The notes under the pieces: model-generated
What the model saw: only the letters and a program-made list of their open reading frames with translations
What the model was told of the DNA's origin: nothing
Databases searched by the model: none
Shown: positions 11,205-20,405 of the stretch, in pieces
Layout of the letters: each line of letters starts with the position of its first letter
Position numbering within the stretch: position 1 is the first letter of the stretch
Program-made: the position numbers and the translations under genes
Assembly: GCA_965222375.1 (NCBI GenBank)
Contig: CBDCTZ010000013.1
Coordinates: 256,001 to 320,000 of the forward strand
Source of the DNA: Polyangiaceae bacterium
Lineage (GTDB): Bacteria; Myxococcota_A; Polyangia; Polyangiales; Polyangiaceae
Reading direction: 5' to 3'
Length of the DNA stretch: 64,000 bases

Positions 11205-11210
11205 ACTCTA
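11205..11210 (-). promoter_or_regulatory. putative -10 element (TAGAGT) 8 nt before GTG, leaderless-type
   Basis: gaacgcTAGAGTcgccgcccGTG; same hexamer and spacing upstream of the 12654 start. Confidence 0.5.
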
Positions 11211-11271
11211 GCGTTCGCGGAGTGGCGGCGCCAAGGCGCCTCGGCGTCGACGGCACTCCTTGCCCGGTTGG

Positions 11272-12654
11272 TTACGCCTTGCGACCCCGCGCAATTCGTT
11301 GCCGCCGCGCTTTGCGCAGGCCCGCGCCCTGCTTCGAGCCGTGTGCGACCAGAGGGCCCCCCAAGCGCTTGCCACATAGCTCTTCACCCGTTGTCGGGTG
11401 AAAGTTGAGGCACGCGGAATCACCCAGATGCCGGATCGCGCGGGCATCGTACCAACGAGCAGCGGCCTCTTCGTCGCGATGGCGAGAGCGGAACACCTTG
11501 CCCTGGTACTTGAACATCGCAATCCACACGTTGTCGCGCCGAAACAAAGTGACACCGCGGAAGCGACTGGACGTCTGTGCCTTGAAGATCGCGCGCGCTT
11601 CGGCAACGAGGCTGGCCGCGTCTGTGGCTTCGAGTTCGCTGCGTTGTTCCGGAAAGTTCAAGCGCACGCGCTGCGGCGACTCCCCTAGATAGAACAACGC
11701 GGCTCGATCGTGCGCCCGAGCCGCCTCCGTCTCAGAATGCCATTTGCCTAGGAATATCGTGGTCCGACGACCGCGGACTCGCATGGTCAACGTGGCGGCC
11801 CATGGCAAAGCGCCGTCGGGAGCCATCAGGTACACGCCATCATGTCGGCTGCTGGTTCGTCCCTTGAACTCTTGCCGAGCCACGCGTCGCGCTTGCTCGA
11901 GGGAAAGCGGACCTCCCGCCTCTTTCGGGAAGTTCAAGCGAGCCTTCTTGCCACTGCGCCACTTCTCGACTCGGTCGCGAAGCAGAGCGGCTCGCTTCTC
12001 ATCGTGGAAATAGCCGATGTGTTTCAGCTTGTTGTCGACAAAGGTCTGGGCGACCCACGCCCGACGCTCGGTCTCCCACCGTACGCCCCAGTACAGACTG
12101 CTGCTCTCAGTCAACTCTTGGTGTCGAAGCCTCGCGAGGCGCCGCAGTTCCGCAACCGTCGCGCCGCCGAGCTTCTTCGCCTCGCGGGGAAAATGCAGCG
12201 GCACGTCGTGCACGCCGATCCCAAGCAGCGCTCGGTCCCGAGCAATCGCCGCCTCACGCTGGGTGGGCCAGGTCCCCACGGATGTGGTCTTTCCGTTGTG
12301 CGTCAACGTTGCCATGAACGCTCCCGCCCGGAAGCCAGTCAGCTTGTTGCTTACACCTTCCAACGGGCTTCTGCCCAGCGCACGCCGGTACTCCAACCGC
12401 GCGAGCCTCGCCAATTCGACGTCCGATGCCGGCCCCAGCTTTTTGGCGCGCTTCGGAAAGTTGAGGCGCCGCGATGCCTGAAGGAACAAGACTAACCGAT
12501 CGTGAGCCAGCGCGGCGCTTCGCTCTTCGAGCCAAGTCCCTGCGGTATGGTATCGCTCCCCGAGCTTGAACGTCGCCTTGAAGCTACCCTTCCGGCTTCC
12601 AGATCGGATCTGATAGACGCCACTGTACTTTGAGATCCTGCGCCCCATGGCCAC
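11272..12654 (-). CDS. protein of five tandem AP2/ERF-like DNA-binding domains
   Basis: five repeats of S(S/K)x(Y/F/H)xGV...W/FxA...G(T/K/Y)(W/F)...AAxxxD(R/A)...L(N/H)F(P/H), e.g. AARAHDRAALFYLG...LNFP and SSRFRGV; very Arg-rich. Confidence 0.85.
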   Translation of the reverse strand: MAMGRRISKYSGVYQIRSGSRKGSFKATFKLGERYHTAGTWLEERSAALAHDRLVLFLQASRRLNFPKRAKKLGPASDVELARLARLEYRRALGRSPLEGVSNKLTGFRAGAFMATLTHNGKTTSVGTWPTQREAAIARDRALLGIGVHDVPLHFPREAKKLGGATVAELRRLARLRHQELTESSSLYWGVRWETERRAWVAQTFVDNKLKHIGYFHDEKRAALLRDRVEKWRSGKKARLNFPKEAGGPLSLEQARRVARQEFKGRTSSRHDGVYLMAPDGALPWAATLTMRVRGRRTTIFLGKWHSETEAARAHDRAALFYLGESPQRVRLNFPEQRSELEATDAASLVAEARAIFKAQTSSRFRGVTLFRRDNVWIAMFKYQGKVFRSRHRDEEAAARWYDARAIRHLGDSACLNFHPTTGEELCGKRLGGPLVAHGSKQGAGLRKARRQRIARGRKA

Positions 12655-12662
12655 CCGCCATG

Positions 12663-12668
12663 ACTCTA
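12663..12668 (-). promoter_or_regulatory. putative -10 element (TAGAGT) 8 nt before GTG, leaderless-type
   Basis: gaacatTAGAGTcatggcggGTG; duplicated at 11205-11210. Confidence 0.5.
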
Positions 12669-12750
12669 ATGTTCACTCACTGACGCTGCCAAGAGGCCGC
12701 CACCCGGGGCTTTCGCCGCACACGGTGGCACTGGGTTGGGGATGGCCCGC

Positions 12751-13794
12751 TCAACGCCGAGGCGAAAGCCCGCGCGTACCGCGCGCGGCAGGGCTGAGGC
12801 CCCGGGAGCCCGGACCGGTCGAGGAAATCGGGTCGGCGTTGATGCGGGTGAGAGGACCGGTGATTCGCCAGGCGTAGAAGCCGTCCGGGCGTTTGGCTCG
12901 CTTGTTCTTCGGATCGAGGTCGAACAGGCCAGGCATCTTGGAATCCGGTGCGCCGAAGAGTCCTCGGGTGATGTCGTTCTTGGTCTTGTAAGTATCGGTG
13001 AAGGTGAAGCGCAGCGAGAGCTCAGCCAGACTCTGCTCGAAGGGATCTCGAAGTCGAATATTGCCGTCAGCGATCAGCTCCAGATCCCTGCCCTTGGTGT
13101 TCAGTTTTTCGACCTTGAGGCGCCCCTCTTTGGACTCGGCAACGAAAGCGAGATCGCCCGCCGCCAGCTTTGGCAGAGCAATGGTATTCCGGATCTTGGC
13201 TTTGCCATCGCCGACCGAAAGGCCGTTAATGGCCAAATCGATCTTGCCATCCGCCTTCGCCAGCTTGCTCTCGGGAAGCTGAAACTCGACCGTCCCACTG
13301 AGGGCTCCGGTCATGGGCAGGCCCACCGCCTGGGCCATCATCGGCAGAGCGCCAACGTCGACGCCATCGAGCTCCACTTCAAAACTACGGTCGCCGCCCG
13401 CGTCCGAGGTAAAGCCCGAAAGCTCGCCGCCAAAAGCGTCCGCGCCGAAGTTCACGTGGGTAGTACCAACCAATAGGCGAAGAATGGATACGCGAGCATG
13501 GACGTGCTCGATGGTCACGACCTTCGGGTCCACGGCTTTTCCGTCTGGGCCCGGCGGCTGAGGCGTGGTCAACGTTACGTTGTCGGCCTCGATTCCGCTG
13601 ATGAAGTAGCCGGACACGTCTTCGATCGCTAGGCGGGTGCCGCTGCCGGCGGGCTGGCGAGCGTTGAACTCGGCCTCGATGCGGTCCTTTAGGCGGCCGT
13701 AGGGAAAGGTCGCGACGCAAAATAGGATGAAGACCGTGAGGTAGAACAGCGGATAGGCCGCGCCGATCAGGACTTTCTTGACGCGCGCGTTCAT
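12751..13794 (-). CDS. gspN: type II secretion system protein N (delta-proteobacterial/myxobacterial type)
   Basis: N-terminal TM then ATFPYGRLKDRI, beta-rich periplasmic body; last gene of gsp operon, ATGA overlap with gspM. Confidence 0.8.
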   Translation of the reverse strand: MNARVKKVLIGAAYPLFYLTVFILFCVATFPYGRLKDRIEAEFNARQPAGSGTRLAIEDVSGYFISGIEADNVTLTTPQPPGPDGKAVDPKVVTIEHVHARVSILRLLVGTTHVNFGADAFGGELSGFTSDAGGDRSFEVELDGVDVGALPMMAQAVGLPMTGALSGTVEFQLPESKLAKADGKIDLAINGLSVGDGKAKIRNTIALPKLAAGDLAFVAESKEGRLKVEKLNTKGRDLELIADGNIRLRDPFEQSLAELSLRFTFTDTYKTKNDITRGLFGAPDSKMPGLFDLDPKNKRAKRPDGFYAWRITGPLTRINADPISSTGPGSRGLSPAARGTRGLSPRR

Positions 13795-14372
13795 TTCCCG
13801 GCGCCCTCGTCTGATTCGTCACTACCGGACTTCTTCTTGTCGGCTTTGCGATCGAACGCGCTAACCACCATCTCCACGTCGTAGCTATCTTGTTCCGTGC
13901 CTCGCTTGCGGATGTTCAGCTTGGAGATGCTGATGGGGTGCCCGCTCTGCTCCACGCTCTCCATGAACGTGACCAGGTTGAGCATGCCCACCTTGCGGAA
14001 CACGATCTTGGTCGACCGTTCTTCGTACTTCTTGCCATGAGGCACCATGGCGCGGTCTTGGCTCTCGGGGATTTCGAGCTTAGCCTGCTTGCCGTGCTTT
14101 TCCAGGAAGCCCGCAAGGTGGGGCGCCTTCCGGCGATAGCGCTCGAGCACGGCCTTCTTGGCCTCAGCACGCCGTTCGACCTGACCGCGCCCAGCTTGAA
14201 TGTCGTTGATGGCCACCTTCAGATCTTCGACGTCAGACCGCTGGCTGCTCAGGAAGGCCGTCACGCTCACGGGAATCAAAACCACGATGAGCACGGCCGC
14301 GACGACAGCGAATATCCCAAGCAGGCGCCGCTCGCGAGGTTCGAGGCGATCGATGCGTTCAGAGAGGCTCAT
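13791..14372 (-). CDS. gspM: type II secretion system protein M
   Basis: LEPRERRLL + TM + coiled coil + ferredoxin-like C-terminal; position after gspL. Confidence 0.8.
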   Translation of the reverse strand: MSLSERIDRLEPRERRLLGIFAVVAAVLIVVLIPVSVTAFLSSQRSDVEDLKVAINDIQAGRGQVERRAEAKKAVLERYRRKAPHLAGFLEKHGKQAKLEIPESQDRAMVPHGKKYEERSTKIVFRKVGMLNLVTFMESVEQSGHPISISKLNIRKRGTEQDSYDVEMVVSAFDRKADKKKSGSDESDEGAGK

Positions 14373-15850
14373 TTCGACTCCTCTTTCGGTGCATCGCCGC
14401 TGCCTTTCTTCTTCTTCGCGTCCTCAGGGCAGCGCACGTCGAGTTCCAAGACGTATTTTTGTCGGTCGCTGTTCACGACCTGGGTCACCTTCGCAATCTT
14501 GACGTCCTCGAAGCACTTGACTTCCTTCATCGCGGTAGCGATCTGCTGCGCGTCTTGCTTCGAACTCACGACACCTTTCACCATCAAGTGCCCGCGCTGC
14601 ATGTCGAATTCCTCGATGTCGTGCGTGATGCTCATGGGCACGGCCTTGGACAGCTCCACGATGGCGTCGTAGGCGTCCATGTGCGGCATCGGGTCCTTCT
14701 CCGCCAACCCCTTGGCGCGGTTGAGGGCATCCTGGGCCTCTTCCGCAGTTTCCGCTGGTTGGCCGAGCACTTCCTTGGACAAGGCACTCAAGGCTTTGGT
14801 CAAGGTCTCTTCGTCCCGAGATAGCGCACGCATCTCTGCCCAGGTCGCAAACATGAAGCTGATCAGCACCGCTGCGGCCAAACCCGTCAGGAGCGGGATT
14901 TTCTCTTTCAAGAACCCAAAGCCGCGCTGGAACGACAGCGCCCCCTTGCGCATGTCCAGATCGTGGCCGCGACCCGCCACGCCAAGTGCCAGCGCGATGG
15001 CCTTGGCAAAGCGGGGGACGTTTGCCGCCTGATCTGGCGTCACGCCGTCCAGATTCAAGGCCGGCAACTGCCGGACGACGATGCCGAGTTCGTGGGCCAG
15101 GTAGTTCTCCGCGCCAGGCGCGTGGGCTCCGGCGCCGACCAGAAATACGGCTTCCACCGGATCGCCGCCATGCGCTAGCCAGGCCACGAATGTCTGCCGC
15201 AGCTCGGCCGCCAGAGCCGAAGCGCTTTCGGGCAAGCCAGCCACGCCGCGGCTCAGCGTTCGGGCGAACACCGGCTCGCCGTGACTAAGCAGGACCACCT
15301 CGGTGCGATTGCCTCCTAGATCGAGTACGCCGACGGGACCCGGGACGGCCAACTCCGGACATAGCGACGCCAGGTTCGACAGCGGCAGGGTGCCAACCCC
15401 GACGCGTTCGGGCTCCTGACCCAGGGTGGTTTTGATCTGCTCGACACGTGCGCGGACGTGCTCGGTCCGCGCGGCCGCCGCCATGACCACGACTTGCTCA
15501 GCTTTCGGGTTGCGGCGGCGCAGCAATCGGTGATCGTATACGAGATCATCCAATGAGACCGGCACGTTGGCTTCGATCTCGAAGGGCAGCACCTCCTCGA
15601 GCTGCTTGAGGGCGGTCGCCGGCAGGGTCAGGCGATGAACGAAGGCCTGTTCACCTTCCACAGCGATGGAGATCGGCTCGCCTTGTTGTGTCAGGGGCAA
15701 CGCCACGGCCCGCAATGCGGCGTCGAGGTTCTCCACCTCGGCCAGGCTCACTTCGAGCATCTGCTCGATGGCGACCTTGCGGTAGCTCGTTCGGAGCAAT
15801 ACCGCGCGCACATGCGATGCTCGAATGTCTATGCCGACCCAACGTGCCAT
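14369..15850 (-). CDS. gspL: type II secretion system protein L (PilM-like actin-fold cytoplasmic domain + TM + PilN-like domain)
   Basis: VGIDI, VLPFEIEANVP, VLDLGGNRT, single TM, C-terminal periplasmic domain. Confidence 0.82.
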   Translation of the reverse strand: MARWVGIDIRASHVRAVLLRTSYRKVAIEQMLEVSLAEVENLDAALRAVALPLTQQGEPISIAVEGEQAFVHRLTLPATALKQLEEVLPFEIEANVPVSLDDLVYDHRLLRRRNPKAEQVVVMAAAARTEHVRARVEQIKTTLGQEPERVGVGTLPLSNLASLCPELAVPGPVGVLDLGGNRTEVVLLSHGEPVFARTLSRGVAGLPESASALAAELRQTFVAWLAHGGDPVEAVFLVGAGAHAPGAENYLAHELGIVVRQLPALNLDGVTPDQAANVPRFAKAIALALGVAGRGHDLDMRKGALSFQRGFGFLKEKIPLLTGLAAAVLISFMFATWAEMRALSRDEETLTKALSALSKEVLGQPAETAEEAQDALNRAKGLAEKDPMPHMDAYDAIVELSKAVPMSITHDIEEFDMQRGHLMVKGVVSSKQDAQQIATAMKEVKCFEDVKIAKVTQVVNSDRQKYVLELDVRCPEDAKKKKGSGDAPKEESK

Positions 15851-15871
15851 GCTCGAACCTTATCCGTCCCT

Positions 15872-17347
15872 TCAGTCGATGCGAAAATAGATGACCGTGC
15901 CACCAGGCCCGGGTTGAAATGCCGAAGCTATGGCAGACTCCGTCGCGCCCTCGGGCAAGTTGCTCTTGTCGTCCGTTTCCGGAGTGGGCTGGGGCTGCTT
16001 GTTGGGATTCAAAGCCGCGAACAAGCCGGCTGCTCCCGCATTCTGATTGACCGCGGGCGCTCCCCGGAAGTCCACCACGCTGTGCACTCGAACCCGAGTC
16101 TCTCGCTTCCCCACCTTGACCACGCCGGTGGCGTAGATGCTGAACACCTTGCTTTCGGTGGTAATCGCCTTGGCCAGCTCTGACTCACTTTTGACAACGA
16201 CTGGCTTCAATCCCACTGTCTCGAGCATCTTTCCGACCATACCCCGGCCCTTGAGGGCATTGAGAAAAGCCTTGGTCGAGCCGAATAGGGGTGCACCGGC
16301 CGTGAAGCCCTTGACCATGGTCATTGCGGTCAAGAACGTGGCGGCCTGCGTGGGGTCTGTGCACAACGGCGATTTAGGTAGATCTGCAGCTCCACACACT
16401 ACCGAATAGATGGCCTGACCGTTCGCGGTGTTGACGTTGATCTTGCCCTGCCCCCAAACCGTGACAACGCGCTTCTCAGGCTTGTCGGGCTCTGGATCGA
16501 TGAACGTGGCCCAAAAGTCGTCTCCGACGCCGCGAATCATGTGTAGCTCTTCCAAGCTGTCGAAGGCAGCGTTCTTGCGTTTGTAGGGCTTTTTCAGCAG
16601 CTGGTAGAAGGAATCCTCGGCACCGGCCTGCTGGGCGGTGCCCGAGTGGGGGTCGCAGACGTAGGCGTCTTGGTCCGAATCGACCCAATCCACGATCGCG
16701 CCGCAGATGGTTTGGCGATCCGAGAATTGACCGTCGCTGTCACGGTTTTCGAACAGCGGATCGTTTTGAGGCCCTGCCAAGAGCCCGATCAGCTGCTGCG
16801 CCAATCGCGCCTGGCTAAAGGCATCGCCTCGAGCCGCCACGTTCAGATTGATCTTGGAGTCCTCGTCGACGACGCGCACCTCGAAGCCGGCGCCATCGAA
16901 ACCGAGGTGCTCCCCCTCTTCGATATCCACGCCCGCCAGTGCCTTGAACGCTTCCGTGCCCTTCTCGTCGTTGAAAGCGCCGAGTACACGGTCCGAGAAC
17001 TCCCATACCGGGATCTGCGGCGGCCCTCGCCTCATGAGCAGGAAGAGGGGCGCCATGGCTTTGCGAATCGTCGGCTCGCTGGCAATCAGCAAGCGCGAAA
17101 GGTTGACCGCACTTCGTGCGGCGTATTCTGCCTTCACCGCATCGCGGTGGGACAGCGCGCTGCCCAGCTCTGCGCTGGTTTCGTCCTGAAACTCAGCCAG
17201 CATCACGGCCAGAATCGTGAGTGCCCCCAACACCATGATCAGCGCAACGCCGCGCTGGCGGCTGCGCCGCCTGCGCCGTCGCTGACGCAGCGCCGCCGAG
17301 GTTTGTCGGGCGCGCGCGCGGATCAGGATTTGGGCCAGGTTTTTCAT
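15872..17347 (-). CDS. gspK: type II secretion minor pseudopilin K
   Basis: QRG|VALIMVL, DEDSKINLN, IVDWVDSD, FDSLEELHMIRGV, KINVNTA; start ATG 17347 overlaps gspJ TAA. Confidence 0.9.
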   Translation of the reverse strand: MKNLAQILIRARARQTSAALRQRRRRRRSRQRGVALIMVLGALTILAVMLAEFQDETSAELGSALSHRDAVKAEYAARSAVNLSRLLIASEPTIRKAMAPLFLLMRRGPPQIPVWEFSDRVLGAFNDEKGTEAFKALAGVDIEEGEHLGFDGAGFEVRVVDEDSKINLNVAARGDAFSQARLAQQLIGLLAGPQNDPLFENRDSDGQFSDRQTICGAIVDWVDSDQDAYVCDPHSGTAQQAGAEDSFYQLLKKPYKRKNAAFDSLEELHMIRGVGDDFWATFIDPEPDKPEKRVVTVWGQGKINVNTANGQAIYSVVCGAADLPKSPLCTDPTQAATFLTAMTMVKGFTAGAPLFGSTKAFLNALKGRGMVGKMLETVGLKPVVVKSESELAKAITTESKVFSIYATGVVKVGKRETRVRVHSVVDFRGAPAVNQNAGAAGLFAALNPNKQPQPTPETDDKSNLPEGATESAIASAFQPGPGGTVIYFRID

Positions 17348-18129
17348 TATTGAGTCGCGAAGGTCAGAGCCCGCTGCATGGGCATCACGACCTTGGTCGT
17401 GAAGCGCAATGGTTGCTTGCCGCGACCCGCAGACTTGCGAGCGCCACCGTTGAGCACGAGAATGACCCGCACCTGCAAGGGTAGGCGGTCTTTCTGGCCA
17501 ATCGCTTGACTGGTGTCCCAGGTCTCGGTCCATTGCCCGGTCAACGGGTCCAAGTACTCCAAGTCGAAGAGATCAATGTCCGTGGCAAGGACATCGATAC
17601 GCCCCCCGCGCCCGGGGTCGCCATCAATGCTGGTCGATAGGCGACGCACCAGATCCGTCACACCGTCTTTCTTCGGGTCCGGGGACCCGAAGAAACCTAT
17701 CTCCGCTTGGTCCGATTCGTGAGCGTTGCGATCGATGCGCAAGTGCGCGAATGACGTGAAGTCGACTCGGTCCGCGGGGCTGCCGGTCTTGCCAATGAAC
17801 GCCGTGCGGTTGGGCGCCAGAGCCTGGTCGATGGGCAAATGCATCGACACGAAGGCGCTCGAGAGTTCGCGGGAGATGCGTGACATGGCCAGGCGCCCCT
17901 CCCGATAGCGATCGTTCACTCGCTGCAGGCCCTCCTTGCTGCGCTTCATGCCGGCGAAGGTCGAGTAGATCAGGACGGAGATCATCGCCAAGACCGCAAT
18001 GGCGACGAGTAGCTCCACTAGGGTGAAGCCTCGCAGGCTTACACGCGACTGACGGAGACATACGGCCGCCAGTCCTTGCTCGAGGCGGGACCGTTCGCCG
18101 CACGACTTCAGGCGCGCCGGGGTACTCAT
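17347..18129 (-). CDS. gspJ: type II secretion minor pseudopilin J
   Basis: RG|FTLVELLVAIAV prepilin motif, W..TWD...LPLQVRV C-terminus; ATG 18129 overlaps gspI stop. Confidence 0.88.
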   Translation of the reverse strand: MSTPARLKSCGERSRLEQGLAAVCLRQSRVSLRGFTLVELLVAIAVLAMISVLIYSTFAGMKRSKEGLQRVNDRYREGRLAMSRISRELSSAFVSMHLPIDQALAPNRTAFIGKTGSPADRVDFTSFAHLRIDRNAHESDQAEIGFFGSPDPKKDGVTDLVRRLSTSIDGDPGRGGRIDVLATDIDLFDLEYLDPLTGQWTETWDTSQAIGQKDRLPLQVRVILVLNGGARKSAGRGKQPLRFTTKVVMPMQRALTFATQ

Positions 18130-18827
18130 GGCTGAAGCGCATCTCCCATCTCTTCGAGGCCTTGAGCTGCGTTGGGATCCAGGCCGCCCTGTTGCGGGTT
18201 CGTGATGTACTGAGTGATGGAAAAATCTCGCTCCTTGGAGCCCTCTTTCCACACGACGCTCACACTGACTTTGCGGATGCTCGCCTCCAGCATGGGTTTG
18301 AGAGATGGATAAACTAGTCCCATCACCAAGGGCGCCATGCCCTGCACGCCACCGCCGGCAGCCGCGCCTTCCAGCAATCCCGAAAGTCCAGCGATGCCAC
18401 CATCACCTTTGAGTGCGGATGCGCCCCCAGCTTGGATGCTCTGCAGCGCGCCCAGGGTGCCAAGGCCGCTCTGATCATCCAGGTCCCCATCCCCGGTTGG
18501 GTCTGAAAGCCCCTTCGGCTCCGGCAGTTTGATGGTTTCGATCTTCCAGCGACAGCTGAAGCCCTCCGTATCCTCGTCCTCACAGCAGCGGCCTTCGTCA
18601 TTCTGATCGATGAGCGGGTAGCCTTCCTGGGTCAGCTTCAACTCTGCCTCGGCCATCTTGCAGCGGGCGAGCCCCGTGGCGACGCTCAGGTTCTGTGCGC
18701 GCTTGGCGCTGGAGAAAAGACCAACCTGGGACGACAACAGGACCGTCAAGCCCATGCCCAAGATGGAAATCGCCACCAAGACCTCCAACAAAGTGAAGCC
18801 TCGACGTCGGTTGGCCAGGCGGCTCAC
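18126..18827 (-). CDS. gspI: type II secretion minor pseudopilin I
   Basis: RG|FTLLEVLVAISI; operon position. Confidence 0.82.
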   Translation of the reverse strand: MSRLANRRRGFTLLEVLVAISILGMGLTVLLSSQVGLFSSAKRAQNLSVATGLARCKMAEAELKLTQEGYPLIDQNDEGRCCEDEDTEGFSCRWKIETIKLPEPKGLSDPTGDGDLDDQSGLGTLGALQSIQAGGASALKGDGGIAGLSGLLEGAAAGGGVQGMAPLVMGLVYPSLKPMLEASIRKVSVSVVWKEGSKERDFSITQYITNPQQGGLDPNAAQGLEEMGDALQP

Positions 18828-19543
18828 TCTTCACCTCGCTCGCCGAAGGCTTCGTCCATTCTCGGCTCCTCCAAAGCGACCGCACCGCGGACGATCTTGG
18901 CGCGCCCCGTGAGCGGACTCACCAAGATGGTGATACCTTCTCGCTCGCCCTTTTGCCGCACATGAATCGCGGCGCGCTCGGTACCGCCTCCGGGAAAGAA
19001 GAAAAGGTAGGCGCGCCCTTCCTTGCGGGGCACTTCGTCGTGCTCAGTCTGCACTTCCGCAAACTCGATACCAGAGCCGAGCTCGCGCCCTTGGCCTTCG
19101 TCACCGTCAAAACCGAACTGCTTGACGGGAGAAAACTTGGCGCGGGGCGCCCGGGGCCCTTTGAGGATCCGATCCGCCTCGGCGCGACTGGCCTTCTCCG
19201 CCTCGGTGGTGGCCTCGGCGCCGCCGCCGGTGTTGTCCTCTTCCTTCTCCCTGAGCATGACCCGGCTCGCGCTCTCCTCCAGATGCACACGGTCGTCCTT
19301 GAGATCGAAGACCATGCGCACGGGGCGACCCGTCGTGTTGGCTCGAGTGATGCCCAAGCGAACACCGGCCACGATGAGCGTCGCTGCTGCACGCTGCCTG
19401 CTGCCCCCCAGCGACCCAGAGCCGATCACGACGGCGCCAGAAAGCACCGCGATCAGGGCCACCACGACCAGCACTTCGACGAGGGTGAGCCCGCGCGCAC
19501 TCCGGCGCGGCAAGGCTGCAGTCATCGAAGGCAGGCGCGGCAT
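18824..19543 (-). CDS. gspH: type II secretion minor pseudopilin H
   Basis: RG|LTLVEVLVVV; FFPGG..SPLTGR C-terminal motif. Confidence 0.82.
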   Translation of the reverse strand: MPRLPSMTAALPRRSARGLTLVEVLVVVALIAVLSGAVVIGSGSLGGSRQRAAATLIVAGVRLGITRANTTGRPVRMVFDLKDDRVHLEESASRVMLREKEEDNTGGGAEATTEAEKASRAEADRILKGPRAPRAKFSPVKQFGFDGDEGQGRELGSGIEFAEVQTEHDEVPRKEGRAYLFFFPGGGTERAAIHVRQKGEREGITILVSPLTGRAKIVRGAVALEEPRMDEAFGERGEE

Positions 19544-19545
19544 GC

Positions 19546-19971
19546 CTACTCCTCGGAAGACTCCGAAGTTGCCTTGGGCACGCGAATGTCGTCCTTGGTG
19601 CCCTTCTTCTTGTCTGGGCCCGACGAAATGACGGCAACATCGTCTTCGGTGCAGGTCAGGCTGTAGGACTCACCCCAGGGGTCCTTGGTGTTGGCACCGG
19701 GATCCAACTGCTTTTCCTGCACCAGCTGACTCATCGTGGGGCAGCTGATTTCGTTGTTGGTCGCCTGCCAACCCTGCACAGCCTGGCGAATGACTCGAGC
19801 GCCGGTCTCCGCGGTGGTCTTCTGAGCTTCGCGGTATTTCGGCAACGCAAACACAGTCACACCACCAGCGATCATCGCGATGATGGCCACAACGATGAGT
19901 ACCTCGACCAGCGTAACGCCGCGCGCGAGTCGACGCATTCGGCGGATCTGAAGTTTCGTGTATGGTTTCAT
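19546..19971 (-). CDS. gspG: type II secretion major pseudopilin G
   Basis: RG|VTLVEVLIVVAII, KDPWGESY, SSGPDKKKGTKDDI; GGAG RBS upstream. Confidence 0.88.
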   Translation of the reverse strand: MKPYTKLQIRRMRRLARGVTLVEVLIVVAIIAMIAGGVTVFALPKYREAQKTTAETGARVIRQAVQGWQATNNEISCPTMSQLVQEKQLDPGANTKDPWGESYSLTCTEDDVAVISSGPDKKKGTKDDIRVPKATSESSEE

Positions 19972-19982
19972 TGTCTCCTCGT

Positions 19983-20405
19983 TCAGCGAATGCGATCCAA
20001 CCCGCCGGGCTTGCCGTCGGGACCATCGCTAAGTAACTCATAGGGCTCGCCCTCTCGGCGGCCAGGACAGGTGAGGCGCAAACGTCGGCCCCAAGCATCT
20101 CGTGCACTGCCTTGGTAGGCAGCAACCTCCAACGCGCGCTCCAAGGTCGGAGGGCAGCCTCCGTCCGAAGACGCCATGTAGGCATCCACGGCACCCCGCA
20201 CATCCAATAAGGTCGCGCGAGTTTGGCGCACACCGGCACGATGGCGCTCACGCACACCCACCACGATTACGAAACCAGCCAGCGCAGCCACGAGCAAGAA
20301 GGGACGAAGGCGACCCATACGCACGGCGCGGCTCAGCCCTCCCCGACCTTCCCAAGGGAAGAAGATGCGCTTTTCGCCACCTCGCCTGCGTCGCATGATC
20401 ATCAC
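19983..20405 (-). CDS. GspG-like pseudopilin lacking canonical prepilin cleavage motif
   Basis: TM segment plus DAWGRRL...SDGPDGKPGGLD GspG C-terminal motif, no G|FTLxE. Confidence 0.7.
   Translation of the reverse strand: MMIMRRRRGGEKRIFFPWEGRGGLSRAVRMGRLRPFLLVAALAGFVIVVGVRERHRAGVRQTRATLLDVRGAVDAYMASSDGGCPPTLERALEVAAYQGSARDAWGRRLRLTCPGRREGEPYELLSDGPDGKPGGLDRIR

Noticed and set aside
12630..12654. Twin-arginine signal (MGRRISK) making the AP2 protein a T2SS substrate
   Set aside because: No hydrophobic h-region follows; the RR leads directly into AP2 domain 1
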